Below are positions 1 to 8,658 of a stretch of DNA of 64,000 nt, one piece after another. The translations under genes and the position numbers were made by a program. The first letter of the stretch is position 1. Each line of letters starts with the position of its first letter. The stretch comes from Acidobacteriota bacterium (lineage in GTDB: Bacteria; Acidobacteriota; Terriglobia; Terriglobales; Acidobacteriaceae), in the NCBI GenBank assembly GCA_023265315.1, contig JAHFUA010000004.1:2487-66486 (forward strand). The letters are read 5' to 3'. The notes under the pieces are model-generated. The model worked only from the letters and a program-made list of their open reading frames with translations, was not told the DNA's origin and ran no database searches.

Positions 1-1152
1 CTAGACAACAACGCCACCACGCCGGTGCTGCCGGAAGTGCTGGAGGCCATGCGTCCCTACTTCGCCGAGAGCTTCGGCAACGCATCCTCGATCCACCATT
101 TCGGACAGCAGGCGCGGGCGGCGGTGGAGCGCGCGCGGCAGTCGGTGGCGGAGCTGGTCAACGCGCGGCCGGCGGAGATCGTCTTCACCAGCGGCGGCAC
201 CGAGGGCGACAACCTGGCCATCTTCGGAATGGTGCACCCCGGCGACCATGTGATCACCTCCACCATCGAGCACCACGCGGTGCTGAACTCCGCAAAGCGA
301 TTGGCCGAGCGCGGCTGCGACGTTACCTCCGTGCCGGTGGATGCGCACGGGGTGGTCGATCCGGAAGACGTGCGCCGGGCGCTGCGGCCCACTACCCGGC
401 TTATCACCATCATGATGGCCAACAATGAGACCGGCGTGCTGCAGCCGGTGGAGGAGATTGGGCGCATCGCCGCCGAGGCCGACGTCTACTTCCACAGCGA
501 CGCGGTGCAGGCCGCGGGCAAGGTGACAATCGACGTCAAGAAGATCGGCTGCGACTTGCTCTCCATCTCCGGACACAAAATGCACGCGCCGCAGGGCACG
601 GGCGCACTCTACGTGCGCCGCGGCACGCTGCTCGAGCCGCTCTTTGTCGGCGGCAGCCACGAGCGCTCGCGGCGCGCCGGCACGGAAAATCTGCCGGGAA
701 TCGTTGGACTGGGAAAGGCTGCCGAGATCGCGCGTGAATCGCTGGCGCATGGCAATGACGCCAGGTTCGCCGCGCTGCGTGATCGTTTGGAAGCGACGAT
801 CTTGGGAAACATCGATGCTGTTGGAATCAACGGCGCGGGCGCGCCGCGCGCGCCGACTACGACCAATCTGCATTTCGATTTCATCGAGGGCGAGGCGCTG
901 GTGATCGCACTCGACCTGAAGGGACTGGCGGTCTCGACCGGCGCGGCCTGCTCATCGGGCGCGCTCGAGCCTTCCCATGTGCTCACCGCCATGGGCTTGC
1001 CTCAGGAGCGGGCGCGCGCCAGCCTGCGCTTCAGCCTGGGGAAGCAGAATACCGCCGACGACGTGGACTACGCGCTCTCCATCCTGCCGGAGACGGTGGC
1101 GAGGTTGCGCGAGCTGTCGCCCGTGTATCAGAAAAACGCCGTTGGCTCTTAG
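1..1152 (+). CDS. cysteine desulfurase, NifS/IscS (class V aminotransferase) family; 5' end cut by window edge
   Basis: ORF 25..1152 stays open in frame back to nt 1 (LDNNATTPV...). Motifs FTSGGTEGDNLAI, SGHKMHAP (PLP Lys) and the GAACSSG active-site Cys loop. Sits next to mnmA. Confidence 0.9.
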   Translation, partial: LDNNATTPVLPEVLEAMRPYFAESFGNASSIHHFGQQARAAVERARQSVAELVNARPAEIVFTSGGTEGDNLAIFGMVHPGDHVITSTIEHHAVLNSAKRLAERGCDVTSVPVDAHGVVDPEDVRRALRPTTRLITIMMANNETGVLQPVEEIGRIAAEADVYFHSDAVQAAGKVTIDVKKIGCDLLSISGHKMHAPQGTGALYVRRGTLLEPLFVGGSHERSRRAGTENLPGIVGLGKAAEIARESLAHGNDARFAALRDRLEATILGNIDAVGINGAGAPRAPTTTNLHFDFIEGEALVIALDLKGLAVSTGAACSSGALEPSHVLTAMGLPQERARASLRFSLGKQNTADDVDYALSILPETVARLRELSPVYQKNAVGS

Positions 1153-1185
1153 CTCTTGGCTTTTGACTCTTAGCTTTTGGCTTGT
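1144..1185. repeat. heptamer tandem array, 6 units (GGCTCTT AGCTCTT GGCTTTT GACTCTT AGCTTTT GGCTTGT)
   Basis: Period-7 repeat read directly. It spans the TAG stop of the desulfurase (1150-1152) and is the reverse complement of array 1277-1318. Confidence 0.85.
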
Positions 1186-1236
1186 TGTCGGGCTACCAGC
1201 ATTCCTCCTGACGCGACGATATAATTCAATTAGCGT

Positions 1237-1264
1237 GTAGAGACGCAGCATGCTGCGTCTCTAC
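1237..1264. repeat. perfect 28-nt palindrome GTAGAGACGCAGCATGCTGCGTCTCTAC (palindrome family P, copy 1)
   Basis: Self-complementary over all 28 nt. Related copies at 13346, 40643, 47601 and 45363. Confidence 0.9.
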
Positions 1265-1276
1265 TTTCAACGAGCT

Positions 1277-1318
1277 AAAAGCCAAGAGCCAAGAGCCAAG
1301 AGCTATTAGCCAATGGCC
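1277..1318. repeat. heptamer tandem array, 6 units (AAAAGCC AAGAGCC AAGAGCC AAGAGCT ATTAGCC AATGGCC)
   Basis: Period-7 repeat, inverted copy of 1144-1185. The last unit contains the mnmA ATG (1313). Confidence 0.85.
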
Positions 1319-2419
1319 GTTTCTCCCATTGCCGTCGCCATGTCGGGCGGTGTGGATTCGTCCACCGTCGCGGCAATGTTGTGTGCCCAGGGACACCAGG
1401 TGGTCGGCCTGACCATGCAGCTCTGGAACCAGCGCCGGCTGGCTGGGCGTCCGGGCATGCCCGAGGTAGCGCACGGGCGCTGCTGCTCGCTCGACGACGT
1501 TTACGACGCGCGCCGCGTGGCCGAGCGCCTCGGTATCCCCTACTACGTCGTCAACTACGAGCAGCGCTTCGAGCAGGAGGTGGTGCGGCCGTTCGTCTCC
1601 GACTATCTCTCCGGACGCACGCCCATCCCTTGCAGCCTGTGCAACAACGCGATCAAGTTTGACCAGTTCCTGGTCACGGCGCGCCAGATCGGGGCCGAGC
1701 GCCTGGCCACCGGGCATTATGCGCGCGTCGAGTTTGATCAGGCGCGCGGACGCTGGCTGCTCAAGCGTCCCGCCGACCTCCGCAAGGACCAGACATATTT
1801 TCTCTTCGGGCTCACCCAGGAGCAGCTCAGCCGCACCCTGTTCCCCCTGGGCGAGCTGCACAAGTCCGAAGTGCGCGAGCTGGCGCGGCAGCACGGCCTG
1901 GAGTTGGCCGAAAAGCCCGACTCGCAGGAGATCTGCTTCGTCCCCTCCGGCGACTACAAGGCCTTCCTCGACGCCTACACCGCGGAGCAGGGCGAGCGAG
2001 TGCCGGACACCGCCGGCGAGCTGGTGACCGCCGAGGGTGAGGTCATCGGCACGCACGCCGGCATCCACAACTTCACCGTCGGACAGCGCAAGGGATTGGG
2101 TGTGGCCACCGGGTCGCCGCTTTATGTGCTCGAGATCCGTGGCGATTCGCGCCAGGTGGTGGTGGGCAGCCAGGACGAACTCTACTCGCGCACCTTGCGC
2201 GCTCGCGACGTCAACTGGATTGCCGTGGACGAACTCCAGCCCATGCGCGTCGCCATCAAAATCCGCAACCGCCACGAGCCCGCGCCGGCCACCATCGAGA
2301 TGGAACGCGACGGCGAGGTGGTCGCCACCTTCGATGAGCCACAGCGCGCCATCACGCCCGGGCAGGCAGCAGTGTTCTACGACGGTGAGGTCGTGGTGGG
2401 CGGAGGATGGATCGTGTAG
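1313..2419 (+). CDS. mnmA: tRNA 2-thiouridine(34) synthase MnmA
   Basis: 368 aa with PP-loop [11 protein letters not shown], conserved Cys (PCSLCNN, EICF) and the typical MnmA length and C-terminal barrel region. Confidence 0.92.
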   Translation: MAVSPIAVAMSGGVDSSTVAAMLCAQGHQVVGLTMQLWNQRRLAGRPGMPEVAHGRCCSLDDVYDARRVAERLGIPYYVVNYEQRFEQEVVRPFVSDYLSGRTPIPCSLCNNAIKFDQFLVTARQIGAERLATGHYARVEFDQARGRWLLKRPADLRKDQTYFLFGLTQEQLSRTLFPLGELHKSEVRELARQHGLELAEKPDSQEICFVPSGDYKAFLDAYTAEQGERVPDTAGELVTAEGEVIGTHAGIHNFTVGQRKGLGVATGSPLYVLEIRGDSRQVVVGSQDELYSRTLRARDVNWIAVDELQPMRVAIKIRNRHEPAPATIEMERDGEVVATFDEPQRAITPGQAAVFYDGEVVVGGGWIV

Positions 2420-2589
2420 GAATGCGTCTGTCGCGCTTCCTCGCGCTGGCGCGCTTAGAGCAAATCCATGGATGGTGTACCCAGGAACTCAGCGGGCTGG
2501 AGGGTTCTGTTCGGCTCGAAACGGCCCGGGCTGCTCACTTCAGCGCTGAGGGATTGTCGGCTTTAGCGGAAAAAGCCTTCTTCGCCACG

Positions 2590-2713
2590 TGTCATCCTTC
2601 GCGAGGCGAAGCCGAGCGGAGGATCTGACGAGATCGTTTCTGCAACCGACATCGGCAGTGTGAGCCGCTACGCCAGATTCTCCCGCTTCGCTTCGCTCCG
2701 CGGAAGAATGACA
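2590..2713. repeat. inverted-repeat element, family A subfamily 1 (TGTCATCCTTCGCGAG...GGAAGAATGACA), 124 bp
   Basis: The termini are complementary over about 40 nt. A twin copy of the same length lies at 45231-45354. It accounts for spurious ORFs 2540..2806 and 2592..2846. Confidence 0.85.
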
Positions 2714-2912
2714 TCTTAGCCAAATTGACGCCAGACCTCGTCGGCGAAGCCCGGGGCCATACGTCATGTTCCGTTTCAGCACCGCGCCCGAAACGAAGAT
2801 TGCCATCGCAGCTTTTCCTCTCCAGCACCATTCCCACTGCTCGCATCGCGCACTACCCTACGTATACAGGTGGAGCCTCTAGGCAAGGGGTGGGGGTGGA
2901 TAAGGTGTCACG

Positions 2913-5900
2913 GTGAAGGTCCCTTTGGGCACATCCTCACAGCCTCCGGCCAGCAACCAAAGCTCCATCCGTGCCAGCGAAGCTGGAGCGCGGGCCGCAA
3001 GCACACTCCGCAGCCGGATCCCGGCCGGGCTGGCATATTTGCTGGCGGTCGCGCTGACGGCGGCGACCGTGCTTCTGCGCCTGGCCCTAAGCTCCAGGTT
3101 CGGCGACGATCCGGCGCTGGAGCTGTTTCTCATTCCCATTATTCTGAGCGCCTTTGCCGGCGGACCGGGTCCTGGGTTGGTCTCCACCGCGCTGGCCGCC
3201 ATTGGAGCAGAGTACTTCCTTCTGCCGCCAAAACACTCCTTCGCCATTGAAAGCGGTCTGCACAGCCTGGAGTGGCTGGTGCTGATTCTGGCCGGCACGC
3301 TGATAAGTGTTTTGCTGCGTAAGTCCTCCCGTGGCTCCCCTGGCGCTGCCGCAGGTTCCCTCGGCAATGAGAGACCTGGAATGAGCCCTGGTTCGGAAGC
3401 TGGCATCTCGCATACGCTTCTGGTCTCCGGCGGCAGCATTTGCGTAGTTCTCGGCGCGCTGACGTTGGTCGGCTGGTTCTTCTATATCCCCGCCCTGACG
3501 CGCGTCGGTCCCTCCTTCAACCCCATGGTTGCCAACACCGCAGTGGGATTATTTTTGGATGGGCTGGGCCTGTTGTTCCTGGCTGCGGGGCGACCGAAAG
3601 CAGCGCTGGGGGGCGCTGTTTGGAGTTTGCTGGCCGGCATCCTGACGCTGGCGGAATTTGGTTTTTCAATCGACCTCCACATCGACGAGCTTCTGGTGCG
3701 CGACTATCTCCGGGCTCTGCCGGCCGCTCCGGGACGGATCGCGCCCAATGCAGCCGTGTGTTTAGTGTTTTGCGGCGCGGCATTGTTGTGGGCGTCGATG
3801 CCCCGCTGGCGCGAAAAGGCCGCCGTCATCGGCGTGCTGGGTGCGTTGGTATTTGCGCTGGGGGCTGCCGCCGTGTCCGGTTATCTGATCGGCCTTCCCA
3901 TGTACGCCTGGGGAACCTGGAAGCCCATGGCGGCGAACGCCGGACTCGGATTTGTGGCGATGGGTTTGGGTGTCATGGCTCTGGCCGTGCACCGCTCGCA
4001 GCCCACTCCGGCACCGGAAGAAAGGATCTTGCAGTGGGTGGAGTGGAAAGTCCGTGTCGGTTTCGCTTTGGCGCTGGCTGTTTTGATCGTAGTCGGGGGC
4101 ATGTCGTATTTCAGCCTCGTCCGCCTGCACGAAGACAGAGTATGGGTCGATCATACCTATCAAGTGATCGCCTCGCTGCGGCGGGTCCTCTCGACCGTTA
4201 CCGACGCCGAGGCCAGCGCCCGGGGATACATCATCAGCGGCAAAGAAGAATTCCTTGAGCCTTACCAAGAGGCGGTGAGGGAGGCCAACGCCGAACTGGG
4301 AACTTTGCGGAGTCTTACTGCCAGCAACGCCGCACAGCACGGCCGGTTGGATGTGCTGGCGTCGCTCGTGACCGAACGCTTCGCGGTCCTGGAACAGGCT
4401 GTCGAAGTGCGCCGTGGGGAAGGCTTCGCTGCGGTACAGCAGAAGGTCCCGAGCGGCAGGGAAAAGCAACTCCGAGATCGCATTCGCGAAATCCTGGCCG
4501 AGATGGAAGCCAGCGAGCAAAGCCTATTGCAAGAGCGGATAGCCCGCTCCCATCACGCCGGCACGGTGGCAAGAGTGGCGATCATCGCCGGCATCACCCT
4601 GGCTTTTGCCTTGGTGGCCGTGGCGCTGTTTGTGATCAGCGGGGATTTCGCCGGCAGCCGCCGGGCACGGGCGGCGCTTCAGGAGGCACGAGACCAGCTT
4701 GAGACCCGGGTGCGGGAGCGCACGGCCGAACTGGCGAAAGCCAAGGAGGCCGCCCTTGGCAGTGAGGCACGCCTGGCCGGCGTCATCAACTCGGCCATGG
4801 ACGCCATCATCACCGTGGACGAGCAGCAGCGCATCCTGTTGTTCAATCCTGCGGCGGAGAAGATGTTCGGCTGCCGCGCCGGTGATGCCATCGGGCAATC
4901 GTTGGATCCGTTCATTCCGGAACGTTTTCGCTCGGCCCACGCGCAACACTATCGTGCTTTCAGCGAGGCCGGCATCACTCAGCGGGAGATGGGACGGCTG
5001 GGCTCGATCTGCGGACGGCGCGCTAGCGGCGAGGAATTTCCCCTCGAAGCGGCCATCTCCCGGGTCGAGGTGGGAGGACGAAAACTGTCCACCGCCATCC
5101 TGCGCGACATCACCGAGCGCGTGGCCGCGGAGGAGGTCCTGCGTTCCAGCGAAGCCAGGTTCCGGAGTCTTATCGAGAACAGCGCAGATGTGGTCGTGGT
5201 GCTGGACGCAGACGCAAAGGCTCTCTACGTAAGTCCTTCCGTGGCGCACATGCTGGGCTATCGTCCGGAAGAAATCGCAGGCCACAATGCACTCGACTTG
5301 GTTCATCCGAATGAACACGAGCCGTACATGGCTCTAATGCAATCCCTGCCGAAGGATGCACGGCCGGTGCGCTCCCGCTTTCGCATGAGACACAAGGACG
5401 GCTCCTGGCGAATCGTCGAGTCGGCACGCTCCAACCAACTGAACAACCCTGATGTGCGTGGCGTGGTGGTTAATGCGCGCGACATCACGGAATTTGTGTC
5501 GGCCGAAGAGACTCTTCGCCGGCAGGCTGCATTGTTCAATCAGACCTACGATGCCGTAATGGTGTGGAACTGGCGCGGGCCGATCACCTTCTGGAACCGC
5601 GGGGCGGAGCGGCTCTACGGCTACAGCCTGGGCGAAGTCATTGGAAAAAACCCTCACCAATTATTGCGGACAGAGACACCGGGTGGAGTGGAAGGATTTC
5701 TCAGCGTCCTGGAGCAGAAAAATACCTGGGAAGGCGAGTTGCAGCACGTCACACGTGACGGGAGAAAGATCATTGTCGAGAGCCGCATGACCCTGGTGCA
5801 GGACAAGGATCAGGTTTGCGCCCTGGAAGCCAATCGTGACATCACTGAGCGCAAGCGGGTGCAGGAGAAGCTGGTCGAAGCCCACCGCACCACCACCACC

Positions 5901-6965
5901 ATCCTGGAAAGCATATCCGACGGTTTCAACACCTTTGACCGTGAGTGGTGCTATACCTACGCCAATGCGGCGGCCGCGAAAATGCTGGGCAAGCCACGCG
6001 AGGAACTGCTGGGCAAGAATGTCTGGGAGATGTGGCCGCATGCGGCAGACTCGCCCTTCGGCGTTGCCTACCGCCGAGCGGTGGCGGAAAACGTCCCCCT
6101 CCAGGTCGAGGCCTTTTACCCCGAGCCTCTCAACGCGTGGTTTGAAGTCCGCTGCTATCCCTCGCCCGAGGGGCTGGCGCTGTTCTTTACCGACACTACC
6201 CAGCGCAAGCGCGCGGAGGAGGAAATCCGGCTTTTGAACCGCGATCTGGAGCGGCGCGTCGCCGAGCGCACCGCGGAGCTGCAAGCCGCCAACAAGGAAC
6301 TGGAATCCTTCAGTTACTCGGTTTCCCACGATCTGCGTGCCCCCTTGCGCACCCTGGACGGTTTTTCCGATGCCTTGCTGGAGGACTATGGCCCGCAACT
6401 GCCCGCGGAAGCCAGAAATCAGCTAGCCACCATTCGCCGCGGGGCTCAGCGGATGGGAGTATTGATCGACGATCTGCTGGCCTTCGCGCGGCTGGGCAGA
6501 CAACCCGTTACCAGGCAGCCCGTCAATATGGAGGCGCTGGTTCGTAGCGCCCTGGAGGAGCTGGGCCCGGAGTGCAATGGGAACAGAATCCAGTTCGTGA
6601 ATGGAGATCTGCCACGGGCGCAAGGCGACCCTGCGCTGCTCAAGCAGGTGTGGATCAACCTGCTTTCCAACGCCATCAAGTATTCGCGCCACGCGGAGCG
6701 GGCCAGGATCGAGATCGGCTCTCTGGCGGGGTCGCCGCCGAGGGTGTATTTCGTCCGCGATAACGGCGCCGGCTTCGACATGAAATACGCCAGCAAGCTC
6801 TTCGGCGTCTTCCAGCGGCTGCACCGTGCCGACGAATTTGAGGGTACCGGCATCGGCTTGGCGATTGTGCAGCGGGTGGTACAACGCCACGGGGGCCGGG
6901 TGTGGGCGGAAGCCGAGCTCAATCAGGGCGCCACTTTTTACTTCACGCTGGAAGGAGAAGACTAA
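2913..6965 (+). CDS. multi-domain sensor histidine kinase (DUF4118-like membrane block, extra TM bundle, CHASE3-like domain, about 4 PAS, HisKA, HATPase)
   Basis: 1350-aa ORF. Motifs LFLIPIILSAFAGGPGPGLVST, a CHASE3-like segment between TMs (VWVDHTYQVIASL...ARGYIISG), H-box SHDLRAPLR, and ATPase boxes DNGAGF and GTGIGLAIV. The GTG start is uncertain. Confidence 0.85.
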   Translation: MKVPLGTSSQPPASNQSSIRASEAGARAASTLRSRIPAGLAYLLAVALTAATVLLRLALSSRFGDDPALELFLIPIILSAFAGGPGPGLVSTALAAIGAEYFLLPPKHSFAIESGLHSLEWLVLILAGTLISVLLRKSSRGSPGAAAGSLGNERPGMSPGSEAGISHTLLVSGGSICVVLGALTLVGWFFYIPALTRVGPSFNPMVANTAVGLFLDGLGLLFLAAGRPKAALGGAVWSLLAGILTLAEFGFSIDLHIDELLVRDYLRALPAAPGRIAPNAAVCLVFCGAALLWASMPRWREKAAVIGVLGALVFALGAAAVSGYLIGLPMYAWGTWKPMAANAGLGFVAMGLGVMALAVHRSQPTPAPEERILQWVEWKVRVGFALALAVLIVVGGMSYFSLVRLHEDRVWVDHTYQVIASLRRVLSTVTDAEASARGYIISGKEEFLEPYQEAVREANAELGTLRSLTASNAAQHGRLDVLASLVTERFAVLEQAVEVRRGEGFAAVQQKVPSGREKQLRDRIREILAEMEASEQSLLQERIARSHHAGTVARVAIIAGITLAFALVAVALFVISGDFAGSRRARAALQEARDQLETRVRERTAELAKAKEAALGSEARLAGVINSAMDAIITVDEQQRILLFNPAAEKMFGCRAGDAIGQSLDPFIPERFRSAHAQHYRAFSEAGITQREMGRLGSICGRRASGEEFPLEAAISRVEVGGRKLSTAILRDITERVAAEEVLRSSEARFRSLIENSADVVVVLDADAKALYVSPSVAHMLGYRPEEIAGHNALDLVHPNEHEPYMALMQSLPKDARPVRSRFRMRHKDGSWRIVESARSNQLNNPDVRGVVVNARDITEFVSAEETLRRQAALFNQTYDAVMVWNWRGPITFWNRGAERLYGYSLGEVIGKNPHQLLRTETPGGVEGFLSVLEQKNTWEGELQHVTRDGRKIIVESRMTLVQDKDQVCALEANRDITERKRVQEKLVEAHRTTTTILESISDGFNTFDREWCYTYANAAAAKMLGKPREELLGKNVWEMWPHAADSPFGVAYRRAVAENVPLQVEAFYPEPLNAWFEVRCYPSPEGLALFFTDTTQRKRAEEEIRLLNRDLERRVAERTAELQAANKELESFSYSVSHDLRAPLRTLDGFSDALLEDYGPQLPAEARNQLATIRRGAQRMGVLIDDLLAFARLGRQPVTRQPVNMEALVRSALEELGPECNGNRIQFVNGDLPRAQGDPALLKQVWINLLSNAIKYSRHAERARIEIGSLAGSPPRVYFVRDNGAGFDMKYASKLFGVFQRLHRADEFEGTGIGLAIVQRVVQRHGGRVWAEAELNQGATFYFTLEGED

Positions 6966-6967
6966 CC

Positions 6968-7414
6968 ATGGACGAATTGCGTGGCGTCGAGGTGTTGATG
7001 GTCGACGACAGCGAAGAGGATCTCCAACTGGCGTTGCGTGCCTTCAAAAAAGCCAATCTCCTGAACCGTATCCACGTAGCGCGGGATGGCGCGGAAGCGC
7101 TGGATTACATCTTCTGCCAAGGCCCGCATGAAAAGCGCCGCATCGAAGATACTCCCCGGGTAATCCTGCTCGACCTGAAGCTGCCGAAGGTAGATGGCTT
7201 GGAAGTATTGCAGCGAATCAAGAGTGATCCACGCACCAAGATAACCCCCGTGGTGGTCCTGACTTCATCCAAAGAACATCGCGATGTCCTCGCCAGTTAC
7301 GAGCTGGGAGCCAACAGCTACATCGTTAAACCCGTAGCCTTCGATGGGTTCGCCAAAGCCATGCAAGAGCTGGGAATGTACTGGCTGCTGCTGAACAATC
7401 CCCCGAAAACCTAG
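6968..7414 (+). CDS. stand-alone response regulator receiver (CheY-like, no output domain)
   Basis: ATG lies 3 nt after the kinase stop. Receiver motifs VDDSEED, LLDLKLPKVDG, VVVLTSS, IVKP. Confidence 0.88.
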   Translation: MDELRGVEVLMVDDSEEDLQLALRAFKKANLLNRIHVARDGAEALDYIFCQGPHEKRRIEDTPRVILLDLKLPKVDGLEVLQRIKSDPRTKITPVVVLTSSKEHRDVLASYELGANSYIVKPVAFDGFAKAMQELGMYWLLLNNPPKT

Positions 7415-7507
7415 GAATCACGCAGCGGCGGCGTGCGCGATCCCTTTGGGAACGTGTGGTGGATGGCGACGCACATCCGGGATGTGAATTGGGGCGCTAG
7501 GCGATGA
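7415..7507 (+). pseudogene. remnant of a VOC/glyoxalase-family gene (about 30 C-terminal-region codons only)
   Basis: Reads ESRSGGVRDPFGNVWWMATHIRDVNWGARR* immediately after, and in frame with, the receiver TAG. DPFGNxWWxATH is a motif I associate with VOC-family proteins. There is no start codon and no N-terminal part. Confidence 0.45.
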
Positions 7508-7554
7508 CAATTCTCAATGATATGTGACGGCGCAGCTCAAGCTGCGCCCCTCCG
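7503..7554. repeat. truncated family-A composite: terminal GATGACA + AT-rich spacer + GGCGCAGC-TCAA-GCTGCGCC hairpin
   Basis: The reverse complement matches the layout at 47648-47700 (hairpin, about 18-nt spacer, TGTCATC), but the inverted-repeat body is missing. Confidence 0.6.
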
Positions 7555-7587
7555 CAAGAAAAAAGCAGCGCATCAACGCTGCCCGCC

Positions 7588-7620
7588 TGAGTACCCAGTA
7601 CCGAGTGAGTGCCGAGTACT
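7588..7620. repeat. degenerate heptamer array (TGAGTAC CCAGTAC CGAGTGA ...GAGTAC)
   Basis: Period-7 AGTAC units abutting the stop of the DUF948-like gene (7619-7621). Related to the GGTAC units at 11171 and 49056. Confidence 0.55.
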
Positions 7621-8134
7621 AAATAAACAATTCCTCATCCTGGGTGACGCGCGGGTTGGCGCGCCGGCGGCGGCGGCGGTTCTGCCCGAAGAAGGCCGAG
7701 ATGCCCACGCTCAGCCCCTGCATGATGCCGGAGATCTGCCGCACCGGCGAGACCACGGTGTGCTCGACCAGCTCGCTGGTCTCCTCGACCCGGTCGAGGG
7801 TGCGGGTGACGATGTCGTCGGCGCGAATCACCTGCAGGCGGGTGCGGTCCACGATGTCGTTCACCGTGGCGTCCAGCCGGTCCATCTGCGTCTTCAGTGT
7901 GCCGGTGGTGGCCACCAGGTTGGCCATGACGATACCGATCTTGCCGCGGGAGTCGTTGAGGATGCTCTCCGCCGAGCTGAGGATGGGCAGAATGCGGCCG
8001 TGGACTTCGCGGGCCAGCACTTCCACCTTGGCGCTGGTCTTGTGCAGGCTGATCGTTAAACTCAGCAGGATGAACATCTGCAGGATGACCGCCCCCGCGG
8101 TGGCGTAAATGAAGATCTTCAACACCGGATCCAT
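7619..8134 (-). CDS. DUF948-like membrane-anchored stress protein
   Basis: ATG 8134 has GGAG upstream. One N-terminal TM, then a long helical region and a basic tail (RRRRRR). Family assignment is from memory. Confidence 0.6.
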   Translation of the reverse strand: MDPVLKIFIYATAGAVILQMFILLSLTISLHKTSAKVEVLAREVHGRILPILSSAESILNDSRGKIGIVMANLVATTGTLKTQMDRLDATVNDIVDRTRLQVIRADDIVTRTLDRVEETSELVEHTVVSPVRQISGIMQGLSVGISAFFGQNRRRRRRANPRVTQDEELFI

Positions 8135-8218
8135 GGTTGAGACTCCGCCCACTCCAGTCGCGCCGCCGCACAGCGGCGAGCCCCAGGCGGCAGCGGACGC
8201 GCCGGTAGTGGGGTCGAG

Positions 8219-8521
8219 CTACGGGTTCTTGACGCCGCTTTCGGTGGCCTCGTGATAGGCCTGACGCCCGGCCTCGACCGCCGCCGTGAACTGGTCTTTC
8301 TGCTTGTGCAGTACGTCACGGCCGCGGTCCACCCACTGGTCGGCCTGCACCCGTGCCTGGCGGGCGCGGTTGATCACATACTCGCGGCCTTCCTCGGCCC
8401 CACGCAGGATGTCCTCGCGCGTCTCCCGCCCCGACTTGGGCGCGTACAACACGCCGATCAATGCTCCCAGGCCCAGCCCCGCCAGGAACCACCCGAAGCT
8501 GCCGCCACTGTCTTCTGACAT
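8219..8521 (-). CDS. YtxH domain-containing protein
   Basis: 100 aa with GWFLAGLGLGALIGVLYAPKSG N-terminal motif and a helical remainder, typical of YtxH. Confidence 0.75.
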   Translation of the reverse strand: MSEDSGGSFGWFLAGLGLGALIGVLYAPKSGRETREDILRGAEEGREYVINRARQARVQADQWVDRGRDVLHKQKDQFTAAVEAGRQAYHEATESGVKNP

Positions 8522-8589
8522 AGAAACCTCCTCACATCATTCCGTTCGGATGATGACCCAAGCCCGCGATACTACCACAAACGACCCCT

Positions 8590-8658
8590 GGAAGCAGGAC
8601 GCAGGAGGCAGGCGGGATGAAGTTTGCTTTTCCTGCTTCCTGCCTCCTGCTCCCTTCT
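8590..8658. repeat. inverted pair of heptamer arrays (GGAAGCA GGACGCA GGAGGCA GGCGGGA / TCCTGCT TCCTGCC TCCTGCT CCCTTCT)
   Basis: Two period-7 arrays in opposite orientation separated by 13 nt. The right array runs into the SDR stop (8657-8659). Confidence 0.8.

Noticed and set aside
2540-2846. Short ORFs spanning the repeat elements (2540..2806, 2592..2846, 15382..15606, 45163..45513, 52114..52542)
   Set aside because: They are created by the inverted-repeat family A sequences (recurring CHPE.../...AKDL-like translations). Each hairpin arm yields a similar pseudo-peptide in either orientation, and the ORFs lack an RBS or coding context.
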